From Botryllus schlosseri (lineage: Eukaryota): a stretch of DNA of 64,000 bases. The position numbers were made by a program, and so were the translations under genes. The stretch lies in assembly GCA_051294905.1 (NCBI GenBank), contig CM119372.1, forward strand, positions 7,318,001 through 7,382,000, read 5' to 3'. Below the pieces are notes generated by a model, which had not been told where the DNA came from, searched no databases, and saw nothing but the letters and a program-made list of their open reading frames with translations. This document shows, piece after piece, positions 63,436 to 64,000 of this stretch. How positions within the stretch are numbered: position 1 is the first letter of the stretch; every line of letters begins with the position of its first letter.

Positions 63436-64000
63436 CTGTAGACGTAGTCAGCGAATGATGCTATTCAGCCAATCAATGAAATTGATATCATTGTCTGATG
63501 CAAAAAATCTAGCAGGCGTACGAACCCAACAGCGATTGCAGGAGAAACCCGTTTTACACTCTGCTCAATATCAACCTAGCAATACTCCGACGCCGAATAC
63601 ATTGCCCGGTCTGGCCTAGACCGTTAACGTGTAAGCTTATATTCCCTTAGAAGTCCTCGTCGAAATTGTTGGCAAAGCGACGGAAGATTTCGATTTAATG
63701 GGATTGTTATATCATTTGATTGCCCCAGTTGATACATTCGGCTACGTTCAAAACGTCAATATGTATTTTAGCATTATGGCATTATGTGGCCCGAGTCGTC
63801 GCTAGGTATCAATTCTACATTAATATAGGCTATCACTTCACTGAAATGTAGGGTTGGAATTAGCAATATGACGTCACGCGACGTCATGAGGTGCACGTTC
63901 GCGTTCACGCAGGACCTTTCAAGAAGGTTCGCGTTCACACGAACCTGAACCTTTCAGAGGTTCACACCATCCCTACTATTTAGCAGTAGAAATAATATGA

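Larger units (their letters stand above)
60384..63975. mobile_element. Ac-type hAT element with GTTCAC arrays
   Basis: Ends TAGGCATGGTGTGAA / TTCACACCATCCCTA, perfect TSD CTATTTAG (60376-60383, 63976-63983). Confidence 0.9.

Overview
AT-rich eukaryotic DNA, most likely from a tunicate or other invertebrate chordate. This is inferred from a short-coil-1b intermediate filament gene without a lamin tail, many ~60-nt introns and an isolated Hox gene. Three protein-coding genes are supported: an intronless succinate-semialdehyde dehydrogenase (ALDH5A1-like, +), a 12-exon type III-like intermediate filament gene (-), and a two-exon PG5-like Hox gene (-) with a 20.6-kb intron. Most of that intron is one 17,152-bp insertion (9827-26978) with Polinton/Maverick-type ends (AGTAGT...ACTACT, 6-bp TSD GGCGTG). 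It has no recognisable genes and is a near-perfect palindrome along its whole length: two 7,380-bp arms around a 43-bp G-rich spacer that repeats the element's own terminal motif. Each arm carries tRNA-Leu(TAA) fragments and a ~202-bp tandem array. Only the left arm has a nested hAT insertion, which argues against an assembly fold-back artefact. The rest of the window (30-64 kb) has no well-supported gene and is packed with non-autonomous hAT elements, nested up to four deep. All coordinates and alignments were read by eye.
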